Shown: piece after piece, positions 26,950-39,869 of the stretch
Numbering within the stretch: the stretch's first letter is position 1
How the letters are laid out: each line of letters starts with the position of its first letter
Source: Octopus sinensis
Taxonomy: Eukaryota
Direction of reading: 5' to 3'
Assembly: GCF_006345805.1 (NCBI RefSeq)
Contig: NC_042998.1
Location: 59,582,001-59,646,000 of the forward strand
DNA: 64,000 nt
Program-made: the position numbers and the translations under genes
Notes under the pieces: generated by a model
The model's database searches: none
What the model saw: the letters and a program-made list of their open reading frames with translations, nothing else
Told to the model about the DNA's origin: nothing

Positions 26950-27690
26950 GTACTAAACAATGGCCCTTAAACCGTTTTCCGTCATTTTCACAACATAGAA
27001 TGTAAACGCAAAATTACAAGGTGTTGGATAAGCCGAAAGTAAACAAAACGTGTGAAGAATACGGACTCTGTAACCGAGGTGATTGTATCCCGATCGGTGG
27101 AACCGACCAAGTTAAAGACTAAAAGACTTTTCGCAATCCAAATTTTCAAACCAGAATCATAGTAATGTAGTTGAAAACTGGAATCATCCGTTACTGTTTC
27201 TTGAAATTTAACAAAATACTCAAAGCAGAAAAATATTGCTAGGAACTCCACAATATGAACCGCGGATCGTCACATCAAGCATTAGGTAGTCGCTAAGGGC
27301 CACGACTTCTCCAGAAAAATGCAAATGGCAGCAAATATTAAAGGAACTTGCCTATGAATTTTTAGCGAGTAATTTAAATTGTTCACTGAACAACTACAAT
27401 TTTACACCATTTACAACTACCTTGATGGTTGCGTTCAGAAGATCTTCAACAATGAAGACAGCAGCTCAAACGCATTCGAAGAATTCATCAGTCCGGTTCA
27501 GGGAAAATAGAATTTTATGATACTAACGAAATGAATGTTTGAACTGTTATATCTTTATCTCTCTTTGCAAAAATCTTGTGTTTAGTCGTCAGTAATTGCA
27601 ATCAACACCAGCAATTAATGCTATTTATTCTGAGCCATATATTTCGGTATAAGTGAAAACTACAACTAATTTTGTATCAACCTAAAACAT
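26950..27690 (+). mobile_element. Decayed mariner C-terminal fragment with 3' TIR
   Basis: KIFNNEDSSSNAFEEFIS-like C-terminus and aactaattttgtatcaaccta terminus near 27665-27686. Confidence 0.55.
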
Positions 27691-27707
27691 AAAAGCATAT
27701 ATATATA

Positions 27708-27751
<44 letters not shown>

Positions 27752-27859
27752 TATCCAGGGAAGCGTTTGGTGTAAAAGCCAGTAAAACCCCCATCCTATT
27801 TCAAAAACCTTAAAAGAAGGCGTAACAAATTCGAATCAAAACTCATAAGTATGATATAG

Positions 27860-28330
27860 TAGGAAGAATTTCAAAACTACAGAGAATAAAATATATGCTG
27901 CCATGAAATATTACCATGGTCCACAAAAATACTTCTATTTCCACACAAGATAAATATATCTTCAATAACTACATTCAGAAATTTTACAAAAATAAACAAG
28001 GAAACACTAGAATTACAATTAGAAGATACGTGAATGCTTAACAGAAACCAAACATATATAACAAGCCTACCAGTCAAAACTAAAGATGCAGCCTAATAAA
28101 CCTTACGGAAGAACTAGAATCCGTAAGCAAAAAATCCTGGCAAACTTGAAGTCTAAAAAACACAGCTAACTGGGCATATACAATGGAACAATAGTAAATT
28201 TGTAGATTAGCTCAAGGATACAAGCGATCAAATGTCGTTCTATTCACACTATTCAATTTCGTTGGCTTTTATTCCCCCAGCGGAATACCTCAATTCAAAG
28301 CACGCAATTCACAGAAAAACATGACAACTA
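27860..28330 (+). mobile_element. Highly decayed R4-type RT fragment
   Basis: ggatacaagcgatcaaatgtcg...ttggcttttattccc resembles GIFQGDSLSPLLFCLALIP of the 34670 ORF. Confidence 0.45.
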
Positions 28331-28507
28331 GCAAATGCTAAATGGTCATAAATATGCATGCTATGGAAATAAAATAGCGTTTATACAAGAGAAATATATG
28401 CGCCCACTTTCTATTGATTAAATATTAACAAACCTTCAGGCAAGGGTAAAATATACATGCACTCACACTCCGGCACACATTCATATATACGCCAATATAC
28501 ATACGTA

Positions 28508-28571
<64 letters not shown>

Positions 28572-28599
28572 TTATGTATGTATGATGTATGTATGTACG

Positions 28600-28640
<41 letters not shown>

Positions 28641-28663
28641 TTATTTTTTATTTTATAGAAGGA

Positions 28664-28712
28664 GCTTCTACAGGACTAGAACTGTTTCATTCAAATGAAA
28701 TCATCAGGAAGC
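28664..28712 (-). ncRNA. Type I hammerhead motif (family A) with CUGAUGA core, fused to an inverted family A tail (28713-28779, plus strand)
   Basis: Minus strand GCTTC-CTGATGA-TTTC ATTT GAAT-GAAA-CAG TTCTAGTC CTG-TA-GAAGC. Confidence 0.75.
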
Positions 28713-28829
28713 TTAATTTACTCTGCTATGTATTCAGTACCTTATTTACTGTGGTTAACCCCGACTCAACCCGGGACCTACATATATATATATATATAAA
28801 TATATACGTATGTAGAAGTTTGATAAGGA

Positions 28830-29252
28830 ACACACAAATTGATATATATGGAAAAAAACCTCAAGCTGGAAAATGCTAAAGTAATTTTATTTAAAAAAAC
28901 ACATTTCAGTAGCGGTTTCAGTCATTGAGAATGTTTCAACTATAAGTATGGGAAACAATTAAATTTTGGAAAAATTAAAATAAAAGTTTGTTAAAAGAAT
29001 ATTTGCATAGTATTCAAATACAAGTAGTATTTTCCTTTGTTTCTGCTGTCTCTGTTTACTCTTGTTTACTCCTGTGGGTTCGAGGTCGTTGGGAATTCTT
29101 GGCGGGGAAGAAGACGAAGAAGAAGAAGAAGAAGAAGAAGAAGAAGAAGAAGAAGAAGAAGAAGAAGAAGAAGAAGAAGAAGCAGAAGAAGAAGAAGAAA
29201 AAGAAGAAGAAGCCGAAGAAGAAGAAGAAGAAGAAGAAGAAGAAGAAGAGAA

Positions 29253-29283
<31 letters not shown>

Positions 29284-31010
29284 AAGAAGAAGAAGAATAT
29301 TTAATATTTGCGTGTGTACTTGTGTTATTCTAAGGCCGTGGTGGATATGTCGTTTGTTGTAAAATGCGTTCAGAAGGATTCTGTATTTTGTAATAAAGAT
29401 TGTCTCTTTACTAATTCATTGGCTACAGGTTGTATCGTCCCTGAATTGGTAGAGGGGGAAAATTCTAAAGCTTGGATTGGCGCAAATGTCGTTGTGTTGG
29501 CTGAATGCTATTTTTTGGTTTTGGGGAATTTTGATCTGGGATCTGTGCAGAACCATCCTTTTACGTACACTGTTTTTTTGTTTGGCCTTTGTATTGCTCT
29601 TGACACAGTGGGTATATCAGATTCTCTGAAGCACATGTGAAGATGCCTTTCACTGTGAAACGTTGTCCCTGTTTGAAGGAGAACTCTGATCCCTCAATTA
29701 AATTTTTTTTACTGACGGCTCCTGTGTTGTTGTTGAGCGTATTCGGGCTTGTATTAGAAAACTTTTCATAGATTTGGGTTGTCTCTTGCTTTTTACGATG
29801 GTGTGTGTTTGGAAGATTGAGTTCATTCTGTGTACCTTTTTTTAGCAGGGGGATGTTTTGAAGGATGGTGTCGAAGGCTTCCTTCTTGAGAGGGTTGTGT
29901 GTGGCGATGTATGGTAAGGCTTTTGGTTGTAAATCCCTTTTTAATTTGGGGTGTCTGAGTTCGCGGATGCACGTTGAAAGCATATGTCAATTAGTGAAGG
30001 TGGGTAGTTCCTGGTTATGAGTGAATCCTTTAGTTCATGTATATGAGTTGAACGGTAGATATTGCTTAGAGTCCGTATGCTTACATTTCTTAATGAGGAT
30101 GTCGAGGATTATAGTTGTTGATGGCTATATTCCATCATGAATTAAATGTTTACGTCAAGTTCATTTATAATTGCTTGGAATTCTTTAAGTCTCTCTATAC
30201 TTACAAGCCAAAGAATGAAACAGTCATCCAGGAATCTCTTCCAGATATTTTCTATGTAGAGGGAGAATGGGCTGCCGTATTTTCTTACGTCCTTAGAATA
30301 ACACAGACACACACTCAAATATTTAAAATGAAACACTCAAGAGATTCCCAAGAATTCATTAAAAAACGGTCCACATTAGAGCTATAATCCATAACGGATC
30401 ACTTTTAGGTCACTTGACCATTTAACATCCTACTACTGTCATACGACCTGCATTCCCTTCTTATTCTCCCTTCTGTTTCCCTTCTTTTTCTTCGTCTTCT
30501 TCCTCTCCGCCACCTCCTTCCTAACTTTACCTCTGTTGCGCTTTAGAATAACATCTACGCACATTTTAAAAGCCATACATTCAAAAGAGACGTCTCAAGA
30601 ATTCAATCACTACAACCATACACAACAAGTAACTTTCAGCATATTTACGATTTAACATCGTACTACTATCATGGCACTCCCGCATTATCCTTCTTCTCCT
30701 CATCCTCCTCCTCATCATCATCCTCATCCTTCTTCTTCTTCTTCTTCTTCTTCTTCTTCTTCTTCTTCTTCTTCTTCTTCTTCTTCCTTGCAGAGAATTC
30801 ACAACGATCTCGAACCCACAAGAGAGACAGAGACAGGCAGAAACAAGGAAAATGCTCCTTGTATTTGAATACTATGCAAATATTCTTTTTAAAAACTTTT
30901 ATTTTAATTTTTCCAAACTTTAATTGCTTCCCATACTTACAGTTGAAACAATCTCAATGACTGAAACCGGTACTGAAATGTTTTTATAAAATTATTTTAG
31001 CATTTCTACC
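28830..31010 (-). mobile_element. 5'-truncated Penelope-like element (RT C-terminus + GIY-YIG) with an inverted copy of its terminal repeat upstream
   Basis: Minus strand WKRFLDDCFILW, LPYIATHNP, FTCASENLIY..CQEQYKGQT; 28830-29335 is mirrored by plus-strand 30290-31010; (AAG)n within both arms. Confidence 0.88.
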
Positions 31011-31044
31011 TTGTCTTTTTTCCATACACACACACACACACACA

Positions 31045-31127
<83 letters not shown>

Positions 31128-31189
31128 TGTGTGTGTGTGAGCGTGTGTGTATTGAGAAAAAGCAGGCAGTCAGAATTTTGGATAATTCG

Positions 31190-31233
31190 TTATTAACACT
31201 TCCGTTCGATTAAACGAACGAAAGCGTTAATAA
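31190..31233. mobile_element. 44-bp palindrome containing TTAA at both ends; possible minimal MITE or footprint
   Basis: ttattaacacttccgttcg-attaaa-cgaacgaaagcgttaataa, 17/19 paired. Confidence 0.4.
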
Positions 31234-31872
31234 AGAATCATCCAAATTTATGAGTGCCTCATTTTTGTCAATATACAATATCTGTATACCAATTCAAACA
31301 CACTCCCCCTCTCTCTCTCTATATATATATGTATATGACTTTGAACTTATTTTGATATTCAGTCTGCCGATTACGAGGATAGGTAATAAATTCCTTTCTT
31401 CGATCTCATTTAAGGCAGGATTATCTTCAACGAATTCTGAAGTACACAGGCCAGCCGATACAACCACTACAACAATCAACTGCTGAACTTCATTTTCTGA
31501 ATTGATAAATGATACTTTCCTAGGGTGAACTTTTTATTGTTTTTGGTGGTATAGTGTAAAGCAACCTAAATTTTGGTTGGTTTGTTTATTTGTTAGTTTT
31601 CCCTCCTTTTCTATAATATGCTAAGGGCGGTTGATGTTATTCCGTTTCAAAATGTTTTTTTCAAAGTCCAGAAATTATGTTTTGTTTTTATGTTTACATC
31701 ATATAGTCACTTCGGAGTGTTTATTCATCACGCTTTCCCTGAATGTGATTTCCAGAGTTTCTCCTACGAGTAAGTTGCAACCCGTGTTTATAAATGTTTA
31801 TAAGTGTTATAAATTCCAACCAAGGATTATTGTTATTATTACTATAAATACACACACAAAAACACACACAAC

Positions 31873-32525
31873 TATTGGATCATCTCATAAATTATGCGGA
31901 CTTTTCAATTACATGAACTGAAAGTCGGAGAGGGACGAGACAAACTGCTTGCATCAACTTGTTATAAAAGCAGGTAACTTTACCTTGTTTTTATTCTTAG
32001 TGCAAGTTATGAAGAGTGCAGTTTCATTTTTAACAGTTACTTTTCAAGCAATGATGGAAATGACAGAGGTGCCTATTCGGCATATTTTTCTTTATGATTT
32101 CAATAACGGTAACTATACAACGGAAAGTGCAAGGAATATCAATGCAGTATATAGCGTAAGCCAGTGTCGACGATGGTACCAGAAATTGCGAGTCGGAAAC
32201 TACAGCCTAGAAGACGAGCCCCGTCCAAGAAGATCTGTAGAGCTCGACGAGGACGTCATGCAAACTCTAGTGGACCAAAATCCCATCATAACTGTTGACC
32301 AACTTGCAGAGAAACTTGGATTTGATCATTCAACCATTCATCGACATGCGTGTCATCGAAAATGTCAACAATTTGGGCAATAGCTTCCTCAGAAACTTGC
32401 CGAGTCTAATCGGACGCAGGGAGTGAATGAGTATTTTTCTTTGCTGTCACGTCTCACGAATAAACATTTTGTGAACCGAATAGTGACTGGTGATGAGAAA
32501 TGGATTCTCTATAAAAATGCTACGC
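31873..32525 (+). pseudogene. Mariner transposase 5' half with 5' TIR
   Basis: TA-TTGGATCATCTCATAAATTATGCGG terminus; MEMTEVPIRHIFLYDFNNG...RWYQKLRVGNYSLEDEPRPRR...LAEKLG...; NRIVTGDEKWILY at the break. Confidence 0.9.
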
Positions 32526-33007
32526 GCTTTCAACCACATACACACTCACAAACACACATACACACACATGTACGTGTATAATCACATACACACGTACACA
32601 TACGTATATATACCCATGCATACGTACGGACGTAGATACACATATGCAAACGCGCAAACACACGCACATGCACACACATACGCACAAGAACACGTAGGCA
32701 AACATATACATATCATGCACGCGTAAATATACACACACATACGTATATACCCACAAACCTACTCGAGCGCATATATAGACGCCAACAAATATCTATACAT
32801 ACGTTCATACAAACACAGATACATACTTGCACACACACAGTAAAACCATAATACATACACACATATATATTTATATATATATATATATTCACATATACAC
32901 ACATGTTCATATACACATGAACAGGCACAGATGTACACATGCAGCCACACACCCTGATATGTGTGCATGCATGTCTAGACAACTTTCCATTTATCGTTAT
33001 GGATAGC

Positions 33008-33022
33008 ATAATAATAATTGAT

Positions 33023-33090
<68 letters not shown>

Positions 33091-33177
33091 AAGAAGAAGA
33101 AGAAGAAGAAGAAGAAGAAGAAGAAGAAGAAGAAGAAGAAGAAGAAGAAGAAGAAGAAGAAGAAGAAGAAGAAGAAG
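33008..33177. repeat. Compound (AAT)n(AAG)n microsatellite
   Basis: Direct reading. Confidence 0.95.
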
Positions 33178-34099
33178 GCTGGACGTGATAGAAGCCGGAC
33201 GTATTTTTCGCTGCTCTGACCAACCCAGCGTGACAACGGAAAAACTGGAAGATCTACCGTTTTCTGTGAGTAATTTCAATTTCCCTCAAAATAAGTTAAG
33301 GAACTTACATATCTACAGCTTTGCACATACAAGCGAACACCTAACAAAGAATTTAGAATCATAAATATCTCCAATTTTGTGTGAACAGTCTGTCATCCCT
33401 TCTTTGCTTTTTATTGTAACAACACAATTAAATGCACGATAAAAAACTATGGAAGTAAGCGCCTGCCAATATATATACACTGCACAACTACAAAAACTGT
33501 AAACCACAGCATAACTTTTAAAAAGAAAAGAAAAATTTCTAAACATTTTCTTTTCTGAGCATTCGAAAATGTAAACATTCTTCCCTTTGCAAAAATCTTA
33601 TTGTATTTTCCAAATGGACATCTCAAGAATACTTAAAAACTTTAATATATTACCCAAACACGTAAACACGTAAACTTTTATTGCAACAACACAATTGAAC
33701 TCAGAAACTTAAAAAATTCATCGACGTGAATATCAGAAAATATGCGTGTGTGAATATACATATACATATACATATGTGTATGGGTATATATATATAGCTG
33801 GATTGCTTTTCAAGATAACGCTGGTACTAGTAAACAGGTTTGACCTTTCCCTGACCCAAAATGTCCTTTGTCCACCATCTGCTGAATCTATTCTACTGTG
33901 GCGATGGTGATAGTGATAAGAATAATAATAATATTAATAATAATAAGCTACAACTGTGACTACACATAAAACAATATCATTGATGATGATGATGACGGTG
34001 ATGATAGTGATGATAATTTTTTTTTTCTCGTATTTCATTCTCATTTTTTCGAACTAATACAGGCAGAGTGAACCTTTCATAAGTTTTTTAAAAAAAAGG

Positions 34100-36772
34100 G
34101 AAAACTATACCCGGAGATAAAACTATCAACAAAAAAATACAGACGAATACAGATCTGCTAGCCTTAAGAAGCTTCGCTACGAACAATGTTTACGTGCAGA
34201 GAATCCTAAACTGACAGATCCGTCTCTTAATGTAAGAGTCGAAGCTCGTCATGCTTCAATGTCAACAAAACAACTTCCAATCCGCGATGGTCGGCGAGCG
34301 GACTACAAAAGACCACGTAACCGAAAATTGAACCAAATCTTCCCGACACACAAGAGCTGGACGTACCCCGCAACTGGAATATTCCAACAGATGGCCATCC
34401 ATGCTCGTCACCAAACACTCAAAAGAAAAAAAAGGAAAAATGGACTAGGGAAGATAATAAAGAAGTTCTTGCGGCCTTCTACCATGCCATATATTTCCCC
34501 ACAGATTAATCGAACACTATACAAACCTACATAAACTGGAGACAGAAACACCCTGAAGTAAGACCCTACATAGACAGTAACAAACTTGCCAACGTCAGAA
34601 GAAACATTATAAAAAAATTTACTGACTGAAGTAGAGATTGATCAAGTTAGACAAGCAGTAACGGATAGAATGAACGAAGCTGCAGCTAAAGAAGATAATA
34701 CAGAGGAAATAATTATAGACCAGCCCAGAGCTGATAAAAACGAAGTAAGGATTGAAAGAGTTGGTATAAGTGATAGGCAAAGTGAAATACTCCCTGAACC
34801 AAATATAAACACTAAGACAGATGAACATCAAATAGATGAAGAAAGTCACACAAATGTTGACCCGACAGAACTACATGAGCTAAAAAGTCAAATCATGATT
34901 GAATGGCTGAAAATTAAAGAAACCAGTATGGATGAACGTGATACACTACCTAAAATCCGCAACTCTAACCAAAACATGAAAATGATTGGTAAAACCCGGC
35001 TTGCACTTAAGGATATAATTTCAGCTAATGATGTTGATATCACAGATCTCAACCACCTATACTATGCATCCGCGAAAATCTCAACGATCCTATGTGGTGA
35101 AAAGATTAGAAAACGGCAACATTTCCACAAAAAGCCTTCTTGGCAAGAGCGTTTGCTACAACAAATTAAACTATTTAGATCTGACATTGAATATTTGAAA
35201 AACCTTAAGGTTCATAAGACTACCAAACCTACAAAAACCCCAAAACTAATGAAAAAATATAATATGAAAACTATACTTGATATTGATGCCACCATAGAAA
35301 CCATCAAGCAAAAGGTATCTGCTAAAGCTGCCCGCATAGCGAGGTATGAAAAGCGTGTTAGATTCTTCAGGGAGAACAACATGTTCAAAAATAACCCCAA
35401 AAATTTTTACAGGAAGATAGGAAAAACACCAGTTACTGTAAAGTCTGTAGCATCAAAAGAAGAAGTGCATGGATTTTGGAATAAACTTTGGGCAGAAGAA
35501 AAAACACACAGCGAAAAGGCCCCCTGGAATGATAGAATATCTAAAGAACTGGACTCCTTAGAAAAGCAAAAGTGGGAGGGTGTCAAGGTAGAAGATATAA
35601 GATCTGCTCTCAGGAGGTCAAGCAAGTGGAAGTCTCCAGAAAAGGATAAAATCCCTAACTTTTGGTTGAATGCCTTCCCAGAGAGCCATGAACTGCTAAC
35701 AGAACTTTACAATGATGTTTTGCAACACCCTAGTAGGATGCCTCCTTGGCTAGTAAATGGGTTAACATTCCTGCTTCCAAAAAGTGAAGAAACAAATGAA
35801 CCAAAAAACTATAGACCCATAACCTGCTTAACAACTATGTATAAAACACTAACATCTGTCCAGACGGAATATACCTATAGTTTTTTGACAGACAGCAGCA
35901 TATTCCCTAATGAACAGAAAGGATGTAAACGTGGATCCTACGGTTGTAAAGATCAACTACTCATCAATAAGATGATCTTACAAGATTGTCACAAACGACC
36001 CAAAAACTTATCAATAGCCTGGATAGACTATAAAAAGGCATTTGATAGCCTACCATATAGCTGGATTAAGAAATGCCTAGAAATGTATAAGATAGCACCT
36101 ACTCTGCGAAACTTTCTGTCTGTAAGTATGAGATCATGGAGAACCTCACTAACTTTGAACAGTGACAATGAATCTCTAAATGCTGGTGATGTAAAAGTTC
36201 CATGTGGCATTTTCCAGAGTGACTCACTATCACCACTCCTCTTCTGTTTAGCCTTAATTCCTCTCTCAAAACTGCTCAATGACGCGCAGTACGGATATAA
36301 AATGTCTGATAAAAATATAAATCATCTCATTTACATGGATGATTTAAAGCTCTTTGCAAAAAATGACCAACAACTCAAGGGCTTACTAGCGATTGTCAAA
36401 CAATTCAGTGATGACATCAGAATGCAATTTGGCCTCGATAAGTGTGCAAAAGCTACCTTTATCAAAGGAAAAATGACAGAAACATCTAACGTTAACCTTG
36501 ACCAGCAGAATGTCATAAAAGAATTAGACCCAGCGGAGAACTACAAGTATCTAGGGGTAATTGAAGGAGACGGAATAAGGCATTCAGAGATGAAGGAAAG
36601 GATCAGGAGAGAATGTTATCGCAGAGTAAGAGCAATACTCAAGACAGAGCTGAATGCGAGAAACAGGATCGAAGCGATCAATGCATTAGCCATACCAGTC
36701 GTGACTTACAGTTTCAATATCGTTAACTGGTCAATTGCTGAAATATGTAATCTTGACAGAAAAATACGAAAA
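34100..36772 (+). mobile_element. R4/Dong-clade non-LTR retrotransposon, 5' region through RT, 3' end lost
   Basis: N-terminal KWTREDNKEVLAAFYHA in a broken frame, then the long RT ORF; cut by a SINE at 36773. Confidence 0.9.
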
Positions 36773-36775
36773 TAG
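34670..36775 (+). CDS. Reverse transcriptase ORF of an R4/Dong-type LINE (701 aa, 3'-truncated)
   Basis: NYRPITCL, EQKGC, IDYKKAFDSLP, GIFQSDSLSPLLF, IYMDDLKLF, FGLDKC, YKYLG motifs. Confidence 0.92.
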   Translation: MNEAAAKEDNTEEIIIDQPRADKNEVRIERVGISDRQSEILPEPNINTKTDEHQIDEESHTNVDPTELHELKSQIMIEWLKIKETSMDERDTLPKIRNSNQNMKMIGKTRLALKDIISANDVDITDLNHLYYASAKISTILCGEKIRKRQHFHKKPSWQERLLQQIKLFRSDIEYLKNLKVHKTTKPTKTPKLMKKYNMKTILDIDATIETIKQKVSAKAARIARYEKRVRFFRENNMFKNNPKNFYRKIGKTPVTVKSVASKEEVHGFWNKLWAEEKTHSEKAPWNDRISKELDSLEKQKWEGVKVEDIRSALRRSSKWKSPEKDKIPNFWLNAFPESHELLTELYNDVLQHPSRMPPWLVNGLTFLLPKSEETNEPKNYRPITCLTTMYKTLTSVQTEYTYSFLTDSSIFPNEQKGCKRGSYGCKDQLLINKMILQDCHKRPKNLSIAWIDYKKAFDSLPYSWIKKCLEMYKIAPTLRNFLSVSMRSWRTSLTLNSDNESLNAGDVKVPCGIFQSDSLSPLLFCLALIPLSKLLNDAQYGYKMSDKNINHLIYMDDLKLFAKNDQQLKGLLAIVKQFSDDIRMQFGLDKCAKATFIKGKMTETSNVNLDQQNVIKELDPAENYKYLGVIEGDGIRHSEMKERIRRECYRRVRAILKTELNARNRIEAINALAIPVVTYSFNIVNWSIAEICNLDRKIRK

Positions 36776-36875
36776 TTGACCTCGGCGGAATTTGAATTCA
36801 AAACATAAAAATGGATGAAATGCCGCTAAGCATTCTGCCCGGCTTAGTAACGATTCTGACAGTTCGCCATCTTGC
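36773..36875 (-). mobile_element. SINE family S2, 5' half
   Basis: Minus strand gatggcgaactgtcagaatcgttactaagccgggcagaatgcttagcggcatttc...gaattcaaattccgccgaggtcaac. Confidence 0.85.
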
Positions 36876-37496
36876 ACAATAATTGTTATAATAAGAAAGA
36901 AAAAGTAGTGATGGTAAGCTGGGTAACAATAAAGATGAGCAGATCTAACAGAGAAGTTTGTCTTCAGTAGGGCGTACCCATCAGAGCAACAATAAACGGG
37001 TAGTAACAACAGGCATATGATAAACAATAACTATGAGGATAATACCAATAATAATAATAAAGAGTAAATAAAGATATAGTGATACAAGATATATTCATGG
37101 TGATAGAGTTGGTTTTTTTGAGCCATATTAGACCTAACTATGCAGAGTAACCATTAACAATTAGAACAAAAACCTTCAATAAACAATGTCTGTGATGATG
37201 TCTCGTGTTGTAGAGATGATCATAACAAAGGTGGTCGCAACATGCATGCTGGTGTGCATGTTGCGATAACATTTGTTGCAACCGTTTCAACCATCTTGTG
37301 CCCCACGTCTCTCTCTCTTTTTTTTGGCATCTTTTGGTTCCATTCATAATGTGACGTCATGTGTTGTCACATTATTCTGTCACGACAGAAATTCACGACA
37401 GAAACGTATCGAAGAGTTGAAATAAAGGATTACCAAGTCCTACCCATGTCCTTTCCTCATATTGTATATTATACACACATACACACGCTACCACAC

Positions 37497-37527
<31 letters not shown>

Positions 37528-37529
37528 CT

Positions 37530-37838
37530 TATGCCAGCACCACCTTGACTGGCTATGCCAGCGTCACCTGAACTGGCTTCCGTGCCGGTGGCACGAAAAA
37601 CGCACCAACCGATCGTGATCGTTGCCAGCCTCTCCTGGCCCCTGTGCCGGTGGCACGTAAAAAGCAACTACTACACTCAAGGAGTGGTTGGTGTTACGAA
37701 GGGCATCCAGCTGTAGAAACACTGCCAGATCAGACTGGAGCTTGGTGCAGCCTCCTGGCTTCCCAGACCCCGGTCGAACCGTCCAACCCATGCTAGCATA
37801 GAAAACGGTCGTTAAACGATGATGATGATGATGATGAT
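37530..37838 (+). mobile_element. SINE-like retroposon with internal gtgccggtggcacg repeats and RTE-like (GAT)n tail
   Basis: Duplicated gtgccggtggcacg.aaaa.gca; ggagtggttggtgttacgaagggcatccagctgtagaaac; ends cgttaaacgatgatgatg. Confidence 0.75.
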
Positions 37839-39429
37839 ATTTAAAATAAAGGAACGCAGGATGGCTCAATTACCGACAAATGTGTATGTATGTCTACATG
37901 TCTATCTGTTTACCTATGTGTGTGTGTGGAGAGAGAGAGAGAGACAAACACGCAATCAATAGTCTCCCACACAATTTCCGTCTGACAGTTTCAGTCACAA
38001 GGCATTGGTCAGCTTGCAGCTATAGAATACGTCTTTGCTCAAGATATTATGTACCTAGGTAGCTGGATGGAATCTGAAACCATTTATTTTCCGACCAAAG
38101 TGTGCTTATATGTAAATATATAAACTTCCATATCAATAAAAATTTAGAACAGCAAAATGCGAGGTAGTTTTTCGGTAGCATTATCATGTGTCACTATCTC
38201 GTCAATTATTTTTAATGCTCACAGAATGTATCGATATTGTAGTGTTATCGATGGATACATCAACAGGCGTTATGTTGTAATATATAAATTTATCCCTCTA
38301 TATCTCAGGATGCGATTGTCGTATAAAAATATCATGATGTAAACTAGTAAATTGTCATATCGATCTAATATGACTCTCGTTGAAGTTATTCCCGATTTGC
38401 TAACCACTCTTCTCCATGAATTTGAGCGTTTTGTTTCGGTTTGTCAATTATTTAGCTAAGATACACACATTTTACTCGCCTCGTTTGCAGTACCCTTTGA
38501 TATTGCATCGATGTAATTCGGCCAGAAGGTTCTGAAGAATTATGTTTTTGGCTTTTAGCTGTACACTGATGCTTGGTAGAAATATATCCTAATAGATATT
38601 AAGATTTCAGTGATGTTATATCGGGTTCGATATTTTGAATCTTTGCCAATTGAACAGCGTTTTTTCATGATTTGAATAGACTATATGCTGGTTTCCTAAA
38701 AAGATATACATTGTTTTCCATTAATATTGAGATTTCAGATATATTATTGTGAAGTGAGCTATATCATATTTTACAATTATTGATTTGGCCACTGATGAAA
38801 ACAAGCTTTATCGTCTGTCTACGAAGGACCAGAAAGCGTGACGTATGTAATGTCGAGTGGCGTCTAAGAGGCAACTATTTTGAACTAAACACCATTTATT
38901 CTTACGCTCATTGGAGTAATTGTCCTGCTTCATTTAAACGGAGAAACATTACAATGAAATGATCATTTAGTTTCTTTTTTTAATTAATGCAAGATGTGAT
39001 ATCTTTCTAAATAAGTTAAAACAAATTGCATATTCTGATAAAACATTAATTATAAAAGACATCAGTACTTTATTTATTATTGAATGAGATAACGAGAATT
39101 AAAAATACGGCAAGCCGAGTCAGAAATGAGACTACAATTCATGATTCTATTCGTTTTGTTTCAGTTTTCTCGACAATGCCGCCAGGAAAACCATAAACCT
39201 CACAACATACTACTTTATAAATATTATGAGGCCGGAAAACCTCTAAACCGCGGCCTGTGATAGGTACCGGGGACTGGAAACAACGTCATGAACGAGTAAT
39301 TACCGGTAGATGCGGGTCATCAGCTCATGTCGATGATCATGTCTCTGCCTCTTGTACACACCACTCGTCGCTACCACCGATCGAACTGTCTGGTGGGGGT
39401 CGTCGGACCTGACTGACAAATCTACTTAC

Positions 39430-39770
39430 GCGCAGCAGCGTTCTCTCGCTCAATTTCGGCCCACACACAATAATAAAGGGGGTTGCTGTCAGAGGAGTTA
39501 AATGACCAGATGTTAGGGGTGATGTGGTTGCGGAAATTGCCTAACATCCATGACTGTGTTCTTCTGCTTGTGTGACACGGTGCAGAGTCCTGTTGCCAGA
39601 CACAGGGTCTTCCAGCAGCCACTCTCTGGAACCAGGGCAGCACTATCACTTCCAAGCACTTGATGTAGGCCTCCGTGTTGAATCTGAGGCCGTGTGAGAA
39701 GATGAATGGAGGCATAACGTCGCCATCACTACTGACCACTCCAAACATCATGTCCACATTAACTGTGACA
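39430..39770 (-). pseudogene. maT/DD37D-type (Tc1/mariner superfamily) transposase catalytic fragment
   Basis: MMFGVVSSDGDVMPPFIF...WQQDSAPCHTSRRTQSW...NSSDSNPLYYCVW. Confidence 0.85.
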
Positions 39771-39869
39771 CGGATAGTATGGCGGTAGAGGCTCAGTCGT
39801 ATTGTATCACTGAGGCAACACCTGCTGGGCAGTAAAAAAAGGAATATATTCTATGCACACTCAAAAGTG

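Noticed and set aside
39230-39430. GC-rich patch with aggccg/cggcct stem and a minus-strand CTGATGA
   Set aside because: Too short between P1 strands for an HDV fold, and no GAAA/stem III for a hammerhead; origin unknown.
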